A stretch of 32,880 nucleotides of DNA from Pirellulales bacterium (GCA_022844585.1 JALHLM010000005.1:1-32880); one strand, 5' to 3'; counted from the first letter of the stretch, positions 1 through 9,594 are shown. The notes: generated by a model not told the origin, from the sequence alone. Made by a program: numbers and translations.

Positions 1-651
1 GAGCCACGATCCACTTCTGCTCGAGTTGGTCCGAAATGCCTCATCGTCGCCGGCTTCCTAATCGTCGCGGGCGTTTGGGCCAACCACGAACTCGGTGCTC
101 AGCAACCGAAGCCCGAAGTGTTCTCGAAGTACGTCGATGCGGCGGGCAACATCTCATTACCTGACAACTTCGAGACGACGTTCGTTCACCTTGGGTCGGT
201 GGCAGTCGCTCCGAAACCGGATCAGCCAGTCAACGAGTTGCACGGCACATACACTCGCCCTGATGATCTGGCCGCTTTCCTGAGAGATGGAAAGTTTCCA
301 GATGGCGCGGTGTTGGTCAAAGATGTCCGGTCGACCAGCAATTCGACTCTCACGACGGGTGCGGCGGCCTACGGTGCGGACGTCAAAGTGTGGTTTGTGA
401 TGATCAAGGATTCGAAGGGTCGGTTCCCAGAGAACGAACTCTGGGGCGACGGCTGGGGATGGGGCTTGTTCGAAGGCAAAGACCGGACCAAGCAAGTTGC
501 TACCAGTTACACGACAGACTGCCTTACGTGTCACGTCCCTGCGAAGAAAAACGACTGGATCTACACTCAGTGCTATCCGGCATTGAGCGACAAGCTGAAA
601 GCAGCGAATTCGAACGAGCAATCTGATGGAGCCCCCAAGAAATCTGAGTGA
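1..651 (+). CDS. Cytochrome P460 family protein (5'-partial, host gene)
   Basis: Frame is open from base 1 and includes a hydrophobic signal-like stretch (CLIVAGFLIVAGVWA). Motifs FPDGAVLVK, WFVMIKD, GWGWGLF and a C-terminal heme c site CLTCH match the P460 layout. Confidence 0.85.
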   Translation, partial: EPRSTSARVGPKCLIVAGFLIVAGVWANHELGAQQPKPEVFSKYVDAAGNISLPDNFETTFVHLGSVAVAPKPDQPVNELHGTYTRPDDLAAFLRDGKFPDGAVLVKDVRSTSNSTLTTGAAAYGADVKVWFVMIKDSKGRFPENELWGDGWGWGLFEGKDRTKQVATSYTTDCLTCHVPAKKNDWIYTQCYPALSDKLKAANSNEQSDGAPKKSE

Positions 652-771
652 GATTAGGGATTCCTGGAATAGATATAGTTTCCGAGTTTCGGATCTGTCC
701 ACGGAGGAGAGAGACCGCCTAGCTCCTGGTCGGCTAGCAGATTGTTCTAGGCATGCGTTTCCACGCGCATC

Positions 772-1155
772 CTATTCCCACTTGGGCGTCGCGAGCGGGC
801 AATGCTCAGTCGCCCAGCGTAGCTTATTTAGCCAAGTCCGCGATGGATGGATTGCACAGCCGCAAAGCTTGCAACTCGCGCCAGTAAAATGCTCGCACGC
901 TCGGCAAATGCCATGTAAGCGAGCCATTTGTTCCACGTTCCGCACCGGCCGCCCCTCTGCAATCCAGCGTTCTCGGGCTTCGCGGTAGCTTCGGAATAGG
1001 TCGACCAACGGCGGCTTTCGCGTATCGCCAGCCAGTATCGCCCGGCATTGTCGACGTACCCGTTCCGGCGGGAACCGCGTCGGCGCGGCCACGAACCCAC
1101 ATCGAGCGCAGCGATGTACCCTCGGATCGTTCGTCACTTGAAACACGCACCACAT
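772..1155 (-). CDS. Small Cys-rich protein (DUF6171-like metal-binding), last gene of tail operon
   Basis: CARC, CRAC, CKLCGC and K-x6-HCP..W motifs; starts 7 nt after the upstream stop. Confidence 0.7.
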   Translation of the reverse strand: MWCVFQVTNDPRVHRCARCGFVAAPTRFPPERVRRQCRAILAGDTRKPPLVDLFRSYREARERWIAEGRPVRNVEQMARLHGICRACEHFTGASCKLCGCAIHPSRTWLNKLRWATEHCPLATPKWE

Positions 1156-1162
1156 GATGTGC

Positions 1163-2263
1163 TCACGGGGCTGGAATTGCCATCACGATACAAGTCGCAC
1201 CGCTTCCGTCGCAGCGCTCGGTCGTCGGCACCCCGTTGGCGACCCAGGTCAGCGACCGCGGCTGCGGGACGCCGAACTCGTCCAGGAAGAGGCAGTCCGG
1301 GGCGCTGGGAGCAAAATCCATTTCCCATTCGATCGAGGGCTGGCCGCCGCCTTGCCCGCAGGGTGTGCCGCCACTTTGCAAGTTCACCAAGAGGTGGAAC
1401 GCCCCGCCCGCCTGATAGAACTGCAGCCCGATCAATCCATAGCAGCCGGGTTCGTCGGAGTCGGCGCAGATCGTGGCTAGCAGCATACCGTCCGAGCAAT
1501 TCACTGGGTCGCCATCGATATGGATCTGCTGCATCGGCCCCATGATGTAAACGCCGTCGAGCGCCGCACAGTCTGGGCAGTTGGCGAACTCGGCCATACC
1601 GGAGATTTCGACCTGGTAGTACTCGGCGACCACGCCGCCCGCGCAGAACACGCAACCTGTGGTGCCGATCACGCTGCCGCCCGCGCACTGCCCGCAATCC
1701 TCGCTAACTTCGGCGGCGAGGAAGTCGTCTAAATCGCCCGTAGTCGACGCCTTGAGACCGGCGCGATCGCCAGAGATTCCGCTCAGCGTGGCATTTACCG
1801 AGGTGGCATCGACGGTCGCCCGGGCGGTGGTGCCGTTGTAGCAGGCGGTGAGCGTGTACCAGACGTCCTCCTCCGTCGCCAGCTCCACGCTGTCGCCATC
1901 GCCGTCGCCGCCGGTTTGATTCAGGCTGAGGGTTCCTTCCGCGCCGAACGTCAGCGTTGCAGAGATGTAGCTCGTGGCATCTTCGTCGGCGGCAAGCAGA
2001 ATGGTCACGCTGCCCGTGCCTTTGACCTTCACTGTGACGTGCATCGAGGAGCCGGTTGGCGATGGCGTCGTGGCTAGCACCGTGCCCGAGCCATGCAACA
2101 CGTTGCCGAGGGTTTCCCAGCTGCCCGAAATCTCCTCCCACTCGATACCCAGATCGGTGTCGTCCGGACGATTGAAGTTATCGGCGGCGAAGTAGCATTC
2201 GGGATCGAGGCCGCCGCCGGGGCCGCAGCAGTCATTACAGCCGGGGTTGTTGCGTTTTCCCAT
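1163..2263 (-). CDS. Cys-rich, acidic beta-sandwich-like distal tail/virion protein
   Basis: Start reassigned to ATG 2263 (GAGGA upstream). N-terminal PGCNDCCG, DNFNRPD-type beta-rich region, many CxxC pairs; located at the end of the tail operon. Confidence 0.6.
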   Translation of the reverse strand: MGKRNNPGCNDCCGPGGGLDPECYFAADNFNRPDDTDLGIEWEEISGSWETLGNVLHGSGTVLATTPSPTGSSMHVTVKVKGTGSVTILLAADEDATSYISATLTFGAEGTLSLNQTGGDGDGDSVELATEEDVWYTLTACYNGTTARATVDATSVNATLSGISGDRAGLKASTTGDLDDFLAAEVSEDCGQCAGGSVIGTTGCVFCAGGVVAEYYQVEISGMAEFANCPDCAALDGVYIMGPMQQIHIDGDPVNCSDGMLLATICADSDEPGCYGLIGLQFYQAGGAFHLLVNLQSGGTPCGQGGGQPSIEWEMDFAPSAPDCLFLDEFGVPQPRSLTWVANGVPTTERCDGSGATCIVMAIPAP

Positions 2264-2273
2264 CGCTCGTTCC

Positions 2274-3071
2274 TCAAGGCGTGCAATCTTCAAAGTCGCT
2301 GACCGCACGACCACCGACGAACTTGACCTGGATCAGTTCGTTGCCCGAGATCGGCGTGCGCGAGGTGTTGTAGACGGCGAGATTCCAGCCGGCGTCGACG
2401 AGAGTGGAACCGCTCCAGGCACAGACATCGCACGAGGCGCTCCCGGGCGTATAGGGGAAGCCAGTGCCGCTCGACGCGGGGATTCCGCCTCCGGGCGTGC
2501 GACACAAGAGTGCCCCCGCGCCTTGTGTACCGAGAAGCACCAGTCCCCAACTGACGCCACTGCTCCCGGGTTTTTCCAAGATGCGTGCAGCGCCCGTTGC
2601 GGCGCTTTTGAGTCGCCCCGCCTGGCCGTCGTCGATATCGGCCCAATCGTGACCGTTCACGGCGTCGCTATCGGCGAGGTTGACCTGGACGGCGGTGACG
2701 CCCGTGACCATTGCCAAGCCGATGCGACCGCTCTTCACCGGCTCCTGCAACACGACGAAGCGGCCGTAGTGTGCGGGATAGGCCGGTACGACGCCCGCGA
2801 GCGCCGGGCGCGACTTGAACTGCGGGAGGTTATCGCCGGATGTGAAGACCGCGCCGTCGTGTGCCAGGACGTCGAAGCGATTGCGATCCGCTCCCGAGTC
2901 GTTACGCACCGGAACGACGATGCCGCGTTCAGCGACTTCGAGCGGTTGGAACCGGCCGCCGTTCTTGCGCGTGCTGGCGAAGCGGGCCGCTTCGACGAAG
3001 GCGTTGTGCGTCGACGCCGAAAAATCGACTGCCTGCCCGGCGCGGACGAAGGCCAAAGGATCGCCGGCCAT
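2274..3071 (-). CDS. Putative minor tail protein
   Basis: 265-aa ORF coupled to neighbours (3-nt and 10-nt gaps), two genes after the tape measure. Confidence 0.65.
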   Translation of the reverse strand: MAGDPLAFVRAGQAVDFSASTHNAFVEAARFASTRKNGGRFQPLEVAERGIVVPVRNDSGADRNRFDVLAHDGAVFTSGDNLPQFKSRPALAGVVPAYPAHYGRFVVLQEPVKSGRIGLAMVTGVTAVQVNLADSDAVNGHDWADIDDGQAGRLKSAATGAARILEKPGSSGVSWGLVLLGTQGAGALLCRTPGGGIPASSGTGFPYTPGSASCDVCAWSGSTLVDAGWNLAVYNTSRTPISGNELIQVKFVGGRAVSDFEDCTP

Positions 3072-3074
3072 GGC

Positions 3075-3893
3075 TCAACTCCCCACGCCCAGGCCGGCGA
3101 AGTTGCCCGTCTGATAAATCTGTTCGACGTAGACAGCCCGTGGGCGACGGACCAGTTGCTTGGCGGTGTTGTCCTCGGCCTCTTCGTAGTAGACCCAGAG
3201 GTAATCCCAACCGTCTTTGGTGATGCCCGTGATATCGCCGACTACGAGACCCGTGGCCCGCGGGCTCACCGAGAAACGAAAGACGATTTCGACCATCTCC
3301 TGGCCCTGGCCGCGCCCCGATGCGCCGTCGAAACGGACCTCCTTGGCGACGAACCCGCGGAACGTAGCGTTGTTCGTCTTCTTGGTGAGTCCGGCGATCG
3401 TGAGCTGGTAGGCGCTCGTGAAGTCTGCGATCGCGACGTACTTGGTGAGCGAGAAGCTGAAGGTGGGCACCTCGATTTCGACACCTTCGACGCCATCGCT
3501 GGTGACGTTGATCGCGCCTTTGAAGTCCGGCGCGACGAGACCGGAGGGCGCATACGAGGTGACAGTCGAAAGCGATTGCTGAATCCGCGCAGATTGGCCG
3601 CCGAACTCAAAGGCGAAGCTCGGCGTCGGATCACCGGAACTGGAGATCGAGCTCGTCAGCGGACCATAGCGGGCGGTGCCGCGAAAGACCCGTTTGTCCT
3701 GATGGCGACCGACCGGTTCGAGGTCGAGAGATTGCGGCAAGAGTCCCGCATAGGTCGATGGCAGCGCCGCTAGGATCGCCGCGCGGGCGACCAGTTCGTC
3801 GTCTTCATCGAACGCATAATAGATAAGCTCGGCGGACGGATTCTCGCCGAAGTTCTGTCGGCGGGAAAAGAAGTCTTCGGCAACGGTGGCCAT
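3075..3893 (-). CDS. Putative distal tail / tail-tip protein
   Basis: 272-aa beta-rich ORF immediately downstream of the tape measure. Confidence 0.65.
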   Translation of the reverse strand: MATVAEDFFSRRQNFGENPSAELIYYAFDEDDELVARAAILAALPSTYAGLLPQSLDLEPVGRHQDKRVFRGTARYGPLTSSISSSGDPTPSFAFEFGGQSARIQQSLSTVTSYAPSGLVAPDFKGAINVTSDGVEGVEIEVPTFSFSLTKYVAIADFTSAYQLTIAGLTKKTNNATFRGFVAKEVRFDGASGRGQGQEMVEIVFRFSVSPRATGLVVGDITGITKDGWDYLWVYYEEAEDNTAKQLVRRPRAVYVEQIYQTGNFAGLGVGS

Positions 3894-3905
3894 CGATGAA
3901 CGCCC

Positions 3906-5837
3906 TCAGAAACCGAAGACGACGGGGCCGACGCGACGGGCCAAGTCGCCAGTGTGTTTGGCCGTGTCCTTGGCGGCCTTGGTGAGTTCGTCGGTGAACC
4001 CGAGTCCGCGTACGGCGAAAGGATTCACGGTGCCGGCGGCGCTCATGCGTTCGCTAGCTGCTTCGACACCCGATTCCGTTCGTGCGGCACGGGCAGTCGC
4101 TTGTTCGGCAATCTCGCTACGTCGACGCGTGGCTTCCTCGCGGGCGGCAGCCAGTGAGGCTTGGGCTTCGGCCAGCTCTCTTTCGGCGGCGGCGATCTCC
4201 TCGTCGATCGCCCGGCGATTCGCGACATGCTGTCGCTGACGCTCGGCTTCGATTTCGGCGAGCGCTCCTTCGCGGCCTTGGTCGATTTCTTGCTGACGGG
4301 CCGTGCGCTGCGTGGCGGCGTCAGCCAACACGCCCGCAAGTTGCTGTTGGCTCGCCGCTTGCCTCGCGCCGATTTCTTGATCGACATTGGCGATCGCTTC
4401 GGCCAGTGCGAAGGTATCGTCGAACAGCGATTGAACGTAAAGGATGCCCTTCGCAAGTACGCCTTGCGCCGTGAGCCATGAGTCGGTCACGAACGACGCG
4501 AAGAGCCCCCAGGCGGCGGTCATGCCGGTGGTGACATCGGCCCAGATAGTTTGGACGCTGGCAAAACCTTCGGTTGCCAGACGGGCGAGACCGAAGACCG
4601 CCTCGGTCCAGAGCGCGAGGAACGCGTCCTTGAACTCAGCCCATTTGGACTTCAGGAACACGACGCCGCGGGTGAACTCGGCTTGGATCGTGAGCCAGAG
4701 CACGCGAACGGCGAGAGCGATGTCGCCGGCGGCCAGCGCATCGCCCACCGCCTGGAACGATTCGACCATGCGGCCGGCGAAGGCCGAAACGGCGTCGCGG
4801 ACCGCTTCGAAAGCGGCCTGGCCGCTTTCAGTATATTGAATGGCCGCCGCAGCGAGCGCTGCGATGGCCGTTACCGCCAGCCCAAGCGGGGATACGATCG
4901 CGGCGGCGACGGTGCCGATCAGGGCGAGTCCGGAACCCAATGCGCCGATCACCGCGCCAGCTCCGGCGATGGCCGAGCCGATCGCGACGATGGTTGCTCC
5001 GGCCGCTGCGATCCCCACGCCGACCTTGAAGATCGTGGCCAACAACTCGCGGTTGTCTTCCGACCAGCGAATCACGGTCGCGCCGATGCGAGCCGCCGCT
5101 TGAGCGAATTCATTGAGCGCCGAGGCGACCGCGCTGCCGATGGCGACTGCGATGCGCCGACCAATCGCGAGGACGGTTGCGAGCGAATCGCCAAACTCCT
5201 CGGCGGCCTGTGCATCCTCCGTGCTCATCGAGAGTCCGAGTCGGCGGGCTTCCTCGCGCAACAGTCGAATCCCTTCCGCGCCGTTCGAAAGCAGCGGTAA
5301 CAGCTCGGTGCCGGAGCGACCGAACACACGAAGTACGGCAGCGGTGCGTTGCGCCGGGTCTTCAATCGCTGCGATGCCGCTAGCGATACGGGCGAACTGT
5401 TCGTCGGGGGCAAGACCTTGGAGATCGGCGAGTGAGAGACCCAGCTTGGCGAACGATTCCTGCGCTTCAGCCGAACCGTCCGCTGCGGCAACGAGGTTCT
5501 TCTGCAGAAACTTGATGCCGGTCTCCAGGCTCGATAGCGAAGTGCCGGTCTGGTCAGCAGCGAAGGCCAATTCCGAAAGTGCCTCGACCGAAGCGCCGGT
5601 GCGTTGGCTCATATCGACGAGTTCACTGCCGACATCCGCGAAGACCTTGGCGGCGGTCAGGAACGGCGTCACGATCGCGGTGCCAACGCCCGTAAGTCCC
5701 GCGCCGATCTTGGCGAGTCCTTGGCCGAAGGACGTCATCCGCACGCTCACGCGCGCGAGCACGCGTTGCAGCTGCGAGTCATCGGCGAAGATCTCGACGA
5801 AGGCCCGTCCGGCGCGGATGGCGTTGGTTTCAGCCAC
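3906..5837 (-). CDS. Phage tail tape measure protein
   Basis: 643 aa, Ala-rich helical; N-terminal IRAGRAFVEI, FGRSGTELLPLL core, hydrophobic G/A/I segment, C-terminal coiled coil; follows the chaperone genes. Confidence 0.9.
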   Translation of the reverse strand: MAETNAIRAGRAFVEIFADDSQLQRVLARVSVRMTSFGQGLAKIGAGLTGVGTAIVTPFLTAAKVFADVGSELVDMSQRTGASVEALSELAFAADQTGTSLSSLETGIKFLQKNLVAAADGSAEAQESFAKLGLSLADLQGLAPDEQFARIASGIAAIEDPAQRTAAVLRVFGRSGTELLPLLSNGAEGIRLLREEARRLGLSMSTEDAQAAEEFGDSLATVLAIGRRIAVAIGSAVASALNEFAQAAARIGATVIRWSEDNRELLATIFKVGVGIAAAGATIVAIGSAIAGAGAVIGALGSGLALIGTVAAAIVSPLGLAVTAIAALAAAAIQYTESGQAAFEAVRDAVSAFAGRMVESFQAVGDALAAGDIALAVRVLWLTIQAEFTRGVVFLKSKWAEFKDAFLALWTEAVFGLARLATEGFASVQTIWADVTTGMTAAWGLFASFVTDSWLTAQGVLAKGILYVQSLFDDTFALAEAIANVDQEIGARQAASQQQLAGVLADAATQRTARQQEIDQGREGALAEIEAERQRQHVANRRAIDEEIAAAERELAEAQASLAAAREEATRRRSEIAEQATARAARTESGVEAASERMSAAGTVNPFAVRGLGFTDELTKAAKDTAKHTGDLARRVGPVVFGF

Positions 5838-6297
5838 TGCTGAGTCCTCGGTCCACGAACAGGTGCTTCAAGATCGACAAGTCTTCAGCCACGTCATCCA
5901 CCTTGGGGCGTTCGGCCAACTGCAAGCGATCGCGATAAGGGTGAAAATCCACGGCAGTGAAAGGCTCGCGGCGTTTCTTCTCGTCGCGCCACGCGTTGGC
6001 CAGGATTACGGACAGTTGCACGGTGCGATTCCACTCGGAGATCTCGCGGGCCTCGCACATCCGCACCAATTCAGCCAGCGTGAACGACCAGGGGGCGACG
6101 CCGACGATGCCGGCCGTTTCCCAGATCAGTCGTTCGGCGAGCTCAGCTTGCTCAACTGGCGAAAGCGGTTTTCGATGTCGTTCTCGATCGTGTCGGGGTG
6201 CAGTTCCGCTTCCGCCAGGCTGAATACCTTCGCCGTGCCCCGATCGATCGCCGTGCGCAGTTTTGTTAGCGCCCTGCGCTGGCTCGCGGGGAAAAAA
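5830..6297 (-). CDS. Tail assembly chaperone gpT-like portion (probably expressed as a G-T fusion by -1 frameshift)
   Basis: The -1 frame is open without a stop from the T TTT TTC slippery site (6297-6291) to the stop at 5830 and contains IWETAGIVGVAPWSFTLAELVRM upstream of the tracked start. Confidence 0.7.
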   Translation of the reverse strand, partial: FFPREPAQGANKTAHGDRSGHGEGIQPGGSGTAPRHDRERHRKPLSPVEQAELAERLIWETAGIVGVAPWSFTLAELVRMCEAREISEWNRTVQLSVILANAWRDEKKRREPFTAVDFHPYRDRLQLAERPKVDDVAEDLSILKHLFVDRGLSSG

Positions 6298-6584
6298 TCG
6301 ATGATTCCGTCGATGAGCGCGGTGGCGGCCTGTTCCAAAACGTCGCCGGCAAATAGTGCGGCGAATTGTTCATCCGACAGCCCGGCCGCATCGACTTGTG
6401 GCTTCACCACCGCGTAAAGCGTGTCGACCAGCTTCACCGGATCGAGCGCGAGTTCGGCGAGCGTCTTCCCGGATTCGATTACCCGTAAATCGACCTTGGC
6501 CAGATCAAGCGCCCGCTTCACGGCGGCCACATCGACTCGCACGTCCCAGGTCTTGCCAGCGGCATCACGAAAACTCGGCATCAC
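6126..6584 (-). CDS. Tail assembly chaperone gpG-like
   Basis: 152 aa between tail tube and tape measure, GGAGG RBS, internal slippery heptamer at DFF. Confidence 0.8.
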   Translation of the reverse strand: MMPSFRDAAGKTWDVRVDVAAVKRALDLAKVDLRVIESGKTLAELALDPVKLVDTLYAVVKPQVDAAGLSDEQFAALFAGDVLEQAATALIDGIIDFFPASQRRALTKLRTAIDRGTAKVFSLAEAELHPDTIENDIENRFRQLSKLSSPND

Positions 6585-6593
6585 TTCCTCCGA

Positions 6594-7034
6594 TTAGGTA
6601 ACCGTGAACCAGCTCGGCGCATTGGCGTCGTAGGTCGGCTTGGCCGCGACATCAACTGTCAATGCTTCGCGCAGGTTTTCATTCCGAGTGAAGCGATTCA
6701 CCATGCAGATTGCCCGCAAGCCTTGCGACCCCGTGGTTGCGACCAAGCCGTCGAGCACCAAGAACTCCATGGTGGTATCGCCGAGGAAGGAAGTACGGAT
6801 GGCCGTAAAGTCGGTGTCGGCCGTATCCCAGAGCATCCCCCATTCGATCGTGGCGCTCTTGAGAGTCGCGACAACTTGCTCCCACCCGTTGCCACCGCGC
6901 GTGGTGACGTCGGCCTCACCTTTTTCAAGATTCAGCCGCAGGTCCCGCACGTTGTTGATCAGTTCCCAGACGGGCGTGCCGTAGGTGCCCGTATTGCGGT
7001 AGAGCTTGGCGTTCAAGCCGAGGACGAAGGCCAT
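6594..7034 (-). CDS. Major tail tube protein
   Basis: 146-aa beta-rich ORF (LGLNAKLYRN, ADVTTR, LKSATIEW) with GAGGAG RBS, directly before the chaperones. Confidence 0.8.
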   Translation of the reverse strand: MAFVLGLNAKLYRNTGTYGTPVWELINNVRDLRLNLEKGEADVTTRGGNGWEQVVATLKSATIEWGMLWDTADTDFTAIRTSFLGDTTMEFLVLDGLVATTGSQGLRAICMVNRFTRNENLREALTVDVAAKPTYDANAPSWFTVT

Positions 7035-7050
7035 ATGGAAAGTCTCCTCG

Positions 7051-7488
7051 TTACTTCACGGCGTTCCGCCAGAGCGGGGCCAGTTTCGGTGTTTCCTTGG
7101 CGAGCGCCGGCCCCATAAAGGGTCGGGCTCGATAGTTCTGCATTTCCAGTTGCTTCGTGCGCAGATTCCTTCGTCGCGTGCGCCCGCCATGTTCCAAGAG
7201 TTCCAGCACCCGCGGTTCGGGCTTGTTCAACTTAGCCGGTCCGACGACCACGCTTTTACGCGGGCGGTCGTAGCCGAAGAAGATGAATCGCTTGAGCAGT
7301 CCGACGTGGGAACTCGGCGGCTGACCGGGCTGGCTGATCCGACGACGTGGACGGATGCTGGACCGTGCGGTGGTACGGACGAAGGCTCCGAACTTCGATA
7401 GCGCGCGGCGCGAAGTGCGATCAACCGCACGGGTCACGGCCGGAGCGTCGAAGAAGCTGGCGCGGAATTGTCGGATGCCGAACTTCAT
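7051..7488 (-). CDS. Tail completion / neck protein (HK97 gp10-like)
   Basis: Basic 145-aa protein with LEHGG and ARPFMGPAL motifs typical of this class. Confidence 0.75.
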   Translation of the reverse strand: MKFGIRQFRASFFDAPAVTRAVDRTSRRALSKFGAFVRTTARSSIRPRRRISQPGQPPSSHVGLLKRFIFFGYDRPRKSVVVGPAKLNKPEPRVLELLEHGGRTRRRNLRTKQLEMQNYRARPFMGPALAKETPKLAPLWRNAVK

Positions 7489-8825
7489 GCGATCGTCACC
7501 AAGGCGTCGCGGACCATCTCGGCCAACAGCGTGTCGGCCAGGTTGCTCATGTGGAGCGTGTCGTAGTTGTATTCCGGACGGTAGGCGTAGCTGGCCGGGT
7601 TCCGTAGCACGTCGTAAAGCTCCACGAACGCGACCCGCGGGTTCGCCACGTACTTGGTGCGGATGTAGGCGTTCAGTGTTTCGAGCGCGATCTGATCGAT
7701 CGGGCTCCAGCTGGCGTGTGTGCCGAAGGGCGGAATCGTGATGGTCACGACCCCCATGTTGTCAGCGATGGCCTCGGTCATGATCCGGTCATAGAACTCC
7801 AGCTGCGGCCCGGTGCCGTTCTTGACGTTGTTGGTGCCGCCCAACAGCGCGAGCCGTTCGTAGCCCTTGCCGCGAATGTTCGTGCCCCAGCGAGCGTAGA
7901 GGTCGTCGAGCTCCTCGCTGCCGACGCCATGATCTGCTACGCCGATCGCATACCCTGACGAACCCATGGCGATCGCGAGGTCGTCGGCGTAACCATCGGG
8001 CTGAAGCGTGAGCGAATCGCCCAAGGCGGCGACGCGATAGATCGGTCCGAATTTCATCCGAAAGTACGCTCGCAACTGCGCCGCTTCGGCGTCGGAGAGC
8101 AGGGCGTTGGTGATCAGCACTTCGGCAATGTCGCCGGCGAAGTAGCTGGTGACGCTCGTTCGCTGCAGCGCGCCGAGCGTGACGTTATCACGACCCGTAG
8201 CATCGGCGAACCAGACGCCGGTGTTGCCGGTCGAATTCACGTCCGTGAGCGGTTCCTGATAGGCGTCGATCTCGACGTTCGTGGCCGAACCGTTCGAAAA
8301 AAACCGCAACAGATACCAGGCTCCGCGACGACTGTAGCCGGTCGGCGTGCGGAATCGCTGAGCGGCCGCCGCTCCTTGGTCCCATTGGTATTCCCAGTCG
8401 CCCAGCGAATTGACGGTCACGTACCAGTATTGGCTCGTGGTGGCTTCATCCGCCGTGGCGAAGGGAACAGCCGTGTTGGTCGCGTCGCTCTTGATCAGCA
8501 TCCACAGTTCGCCAGCTTCGCTGGCGAATGCGTCAGTGGCCGCATAGCGCAAGTAGTGGCTGGTGCCATTGAAGCGTAAGAACCGACGGGCGTTCGGGCC
8601 GCTGCCATCGGCGATCAGTGTTGGTCCGGAGCCCGAGACCTCATTGAAATCGATGCTCGCACCCACGCGACTCGTCCACGTGACAACCGCTTCGTTGTGC
8701 GCCGCCGACTGTCCGCCCGACTTCTTCACATTGGGCGCGAAGTTGGCGTCCAACCAGCAGGCGACCTTGGCGAGGTCAATGGGCTGAAACAAGCTCGATG
8801 GCGTGCCGAAGTGATAAGCTGGCAT
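7485..8825 (-). CDS. LamG/ConA-like domain plus SGNH/GDSL hydrolase
   Basis: SGNH blocks ALGDSLT, HGVGS, GGTNN and DTLH. N-terminal WLDA...FNGT...GDIAEVLI..LSDAE lectin-like pattern. Confidence 0.8.
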   Translation of the reverse strand: MPAYHFGTPSSLFQPIDLAKVACWLDANFAPNVKKSGGQSAAHNEAVVTWTSRVGASIDFNEVSGSGPTLIADGSGPNARRFLRFNGTSHYLRYAATDAFASEAGELWMLIKSDATNTAVPFATADEATTSQYWYVTVNSLGDWEYQWDQGAAAAQRFRTPTGYSRRGAWYLLRFFSNGSATNVEIDAYQEPLTDVNSTGNTGVWFADATGRDNVTLGALQRTSVTSYFAGDIAEVLITNALLSDAEAAQLRAYFRMKFGPIYRVAALGDSLTLQPDGYADDLAIAMGSSGYAIGVADHGVGSEELDDLYARWGTNIRGKGYERLALLGGTNNVKNGTGPQLEFYDRIMTEAIADNMGVVTITIPPFGTHASWSPIDQIALETLNAYIRTKYVANPRVAFVELYDVLRNPASYAYRPEYNYDTLHMSNLADTLLAEMVRDALVTIA

Positions 8826-9152
8826 TCACCACGCTCCTTGTCGCTTGGCACCGGGGATGATCTGCAAGAGCGGCGTCCCGCCCGCAGCGCGAAACCGCAA
8901 CTCGCGGACGCCTGGACCGATCGTGACGCTCGTCGGACTGCGCAGCACAAGCTTGTCGCCGTCCGGCATCAGGTCGGGGCTGACGATTCCCTCGACGGAA
9001 AAGAACACGAGTGCGCTATCCGCGTTGCCAGCGTCATCGAGCCCCAGGTGCGCGACGGCATAGTCCCGGTCGCTCGAGAGCGTCACCGATTGCTCGGCTG
9101 CGCTGGTCTTCACCAGGCTTGGTTTATCGTCGATCACGGTGGGTTGGGCCAT
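8826..9152 (-). CDS. Hypothetical beta-rich virion-associated protein
   Basis: 108 aa; its stop abuts the next start and it lies within the neck operon. Confidence 0.6.
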   Translation of the reverse strand: MAQPTVIDDKPSLVKTSAAEQSVTLSSDRDYAVAHLGLDDAGNADSALVFFSVEGIVSPDLMPDGDKLVLRSPTSVTIGPGVRELRFRAAGGTPLLQIIPGAKRQGAW

Positions 9153-9159
9153 GCGTCAC

Positions 9160-9588
9160 CTAGCCGATCGCCGAAAACTTGAGGTTCAGCACACTCGCGA
9201 ACTGCCGCTTCTGATCCAGGGACTCGATGTCGAAGATCGGGTCGTTCGTAATCTCAATGCAGACCGCCGCGGGACTCGCGATCGTCTTTCGTCGAAAATG
9301 GTTCTTGATCTCTTCCACCAGCAGCATCAGCGGATCGAGTTCCGCGTTGCCTTCCGCCGTCAGTCGCTTCAACACGCCGACGTCGATGGTGTATTCCTCG
9401 TCGTCGTTGGCCCGGCTGGCGATCGCGGTCGAAAAACCGCTTGGGGCCACCAGCACGCTCAGGCTGGCGGCATCCTTCAAATCGATCTTGGGAACGTAAT
9501 GACGCGTGGCCGTGAACGCCATTGAAAAACTGCCGGCGTTGAGCTCGGTCACTACTGCCTCGGCAAGGTCGACGATCTTAGCTGCCAC
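9160..9588 (-). CDS. Putative tail terminator / neck protein
   Basis: 142 aa; position and alpha/beta pattern fit gpU-like proteins (inference). Confidence 0.6.
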   Translation of the reverse strand: MAAKIVDLAEAVVTELNAGSFSMAFTATRHYVPKIDLKDAASLSVLVAPSGFSTAIASRANDDEEYTIDVGVLKRLTAEGNAELDPLMLLVEEIKNHFRRKTIASPAAVCIEITNDPIFDIESLDQKRQFASVLNLKFSAIG

Positions 9589-9594
9589 CGCTCG

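Noticed and set aside
652-771. Possible attachment site or terminator at the host-phage junction
   Set aside because: Only short imperfect dyads; I found no matching direct repeat or tRNA fragment elsewhere in the window.
2247-3773. 508-aa + strand ORF
   Set aside because: Antisense shadow of two coupled tail genes; Arg/Asp/Val-rich composition typical of high-GC reverse frames, with no motifs.
5113-6417. 434-aa + strand ORF
   Set aside because: Antisense to the tape measure and chaperones; low-complexity Ser/Ala/Arg.
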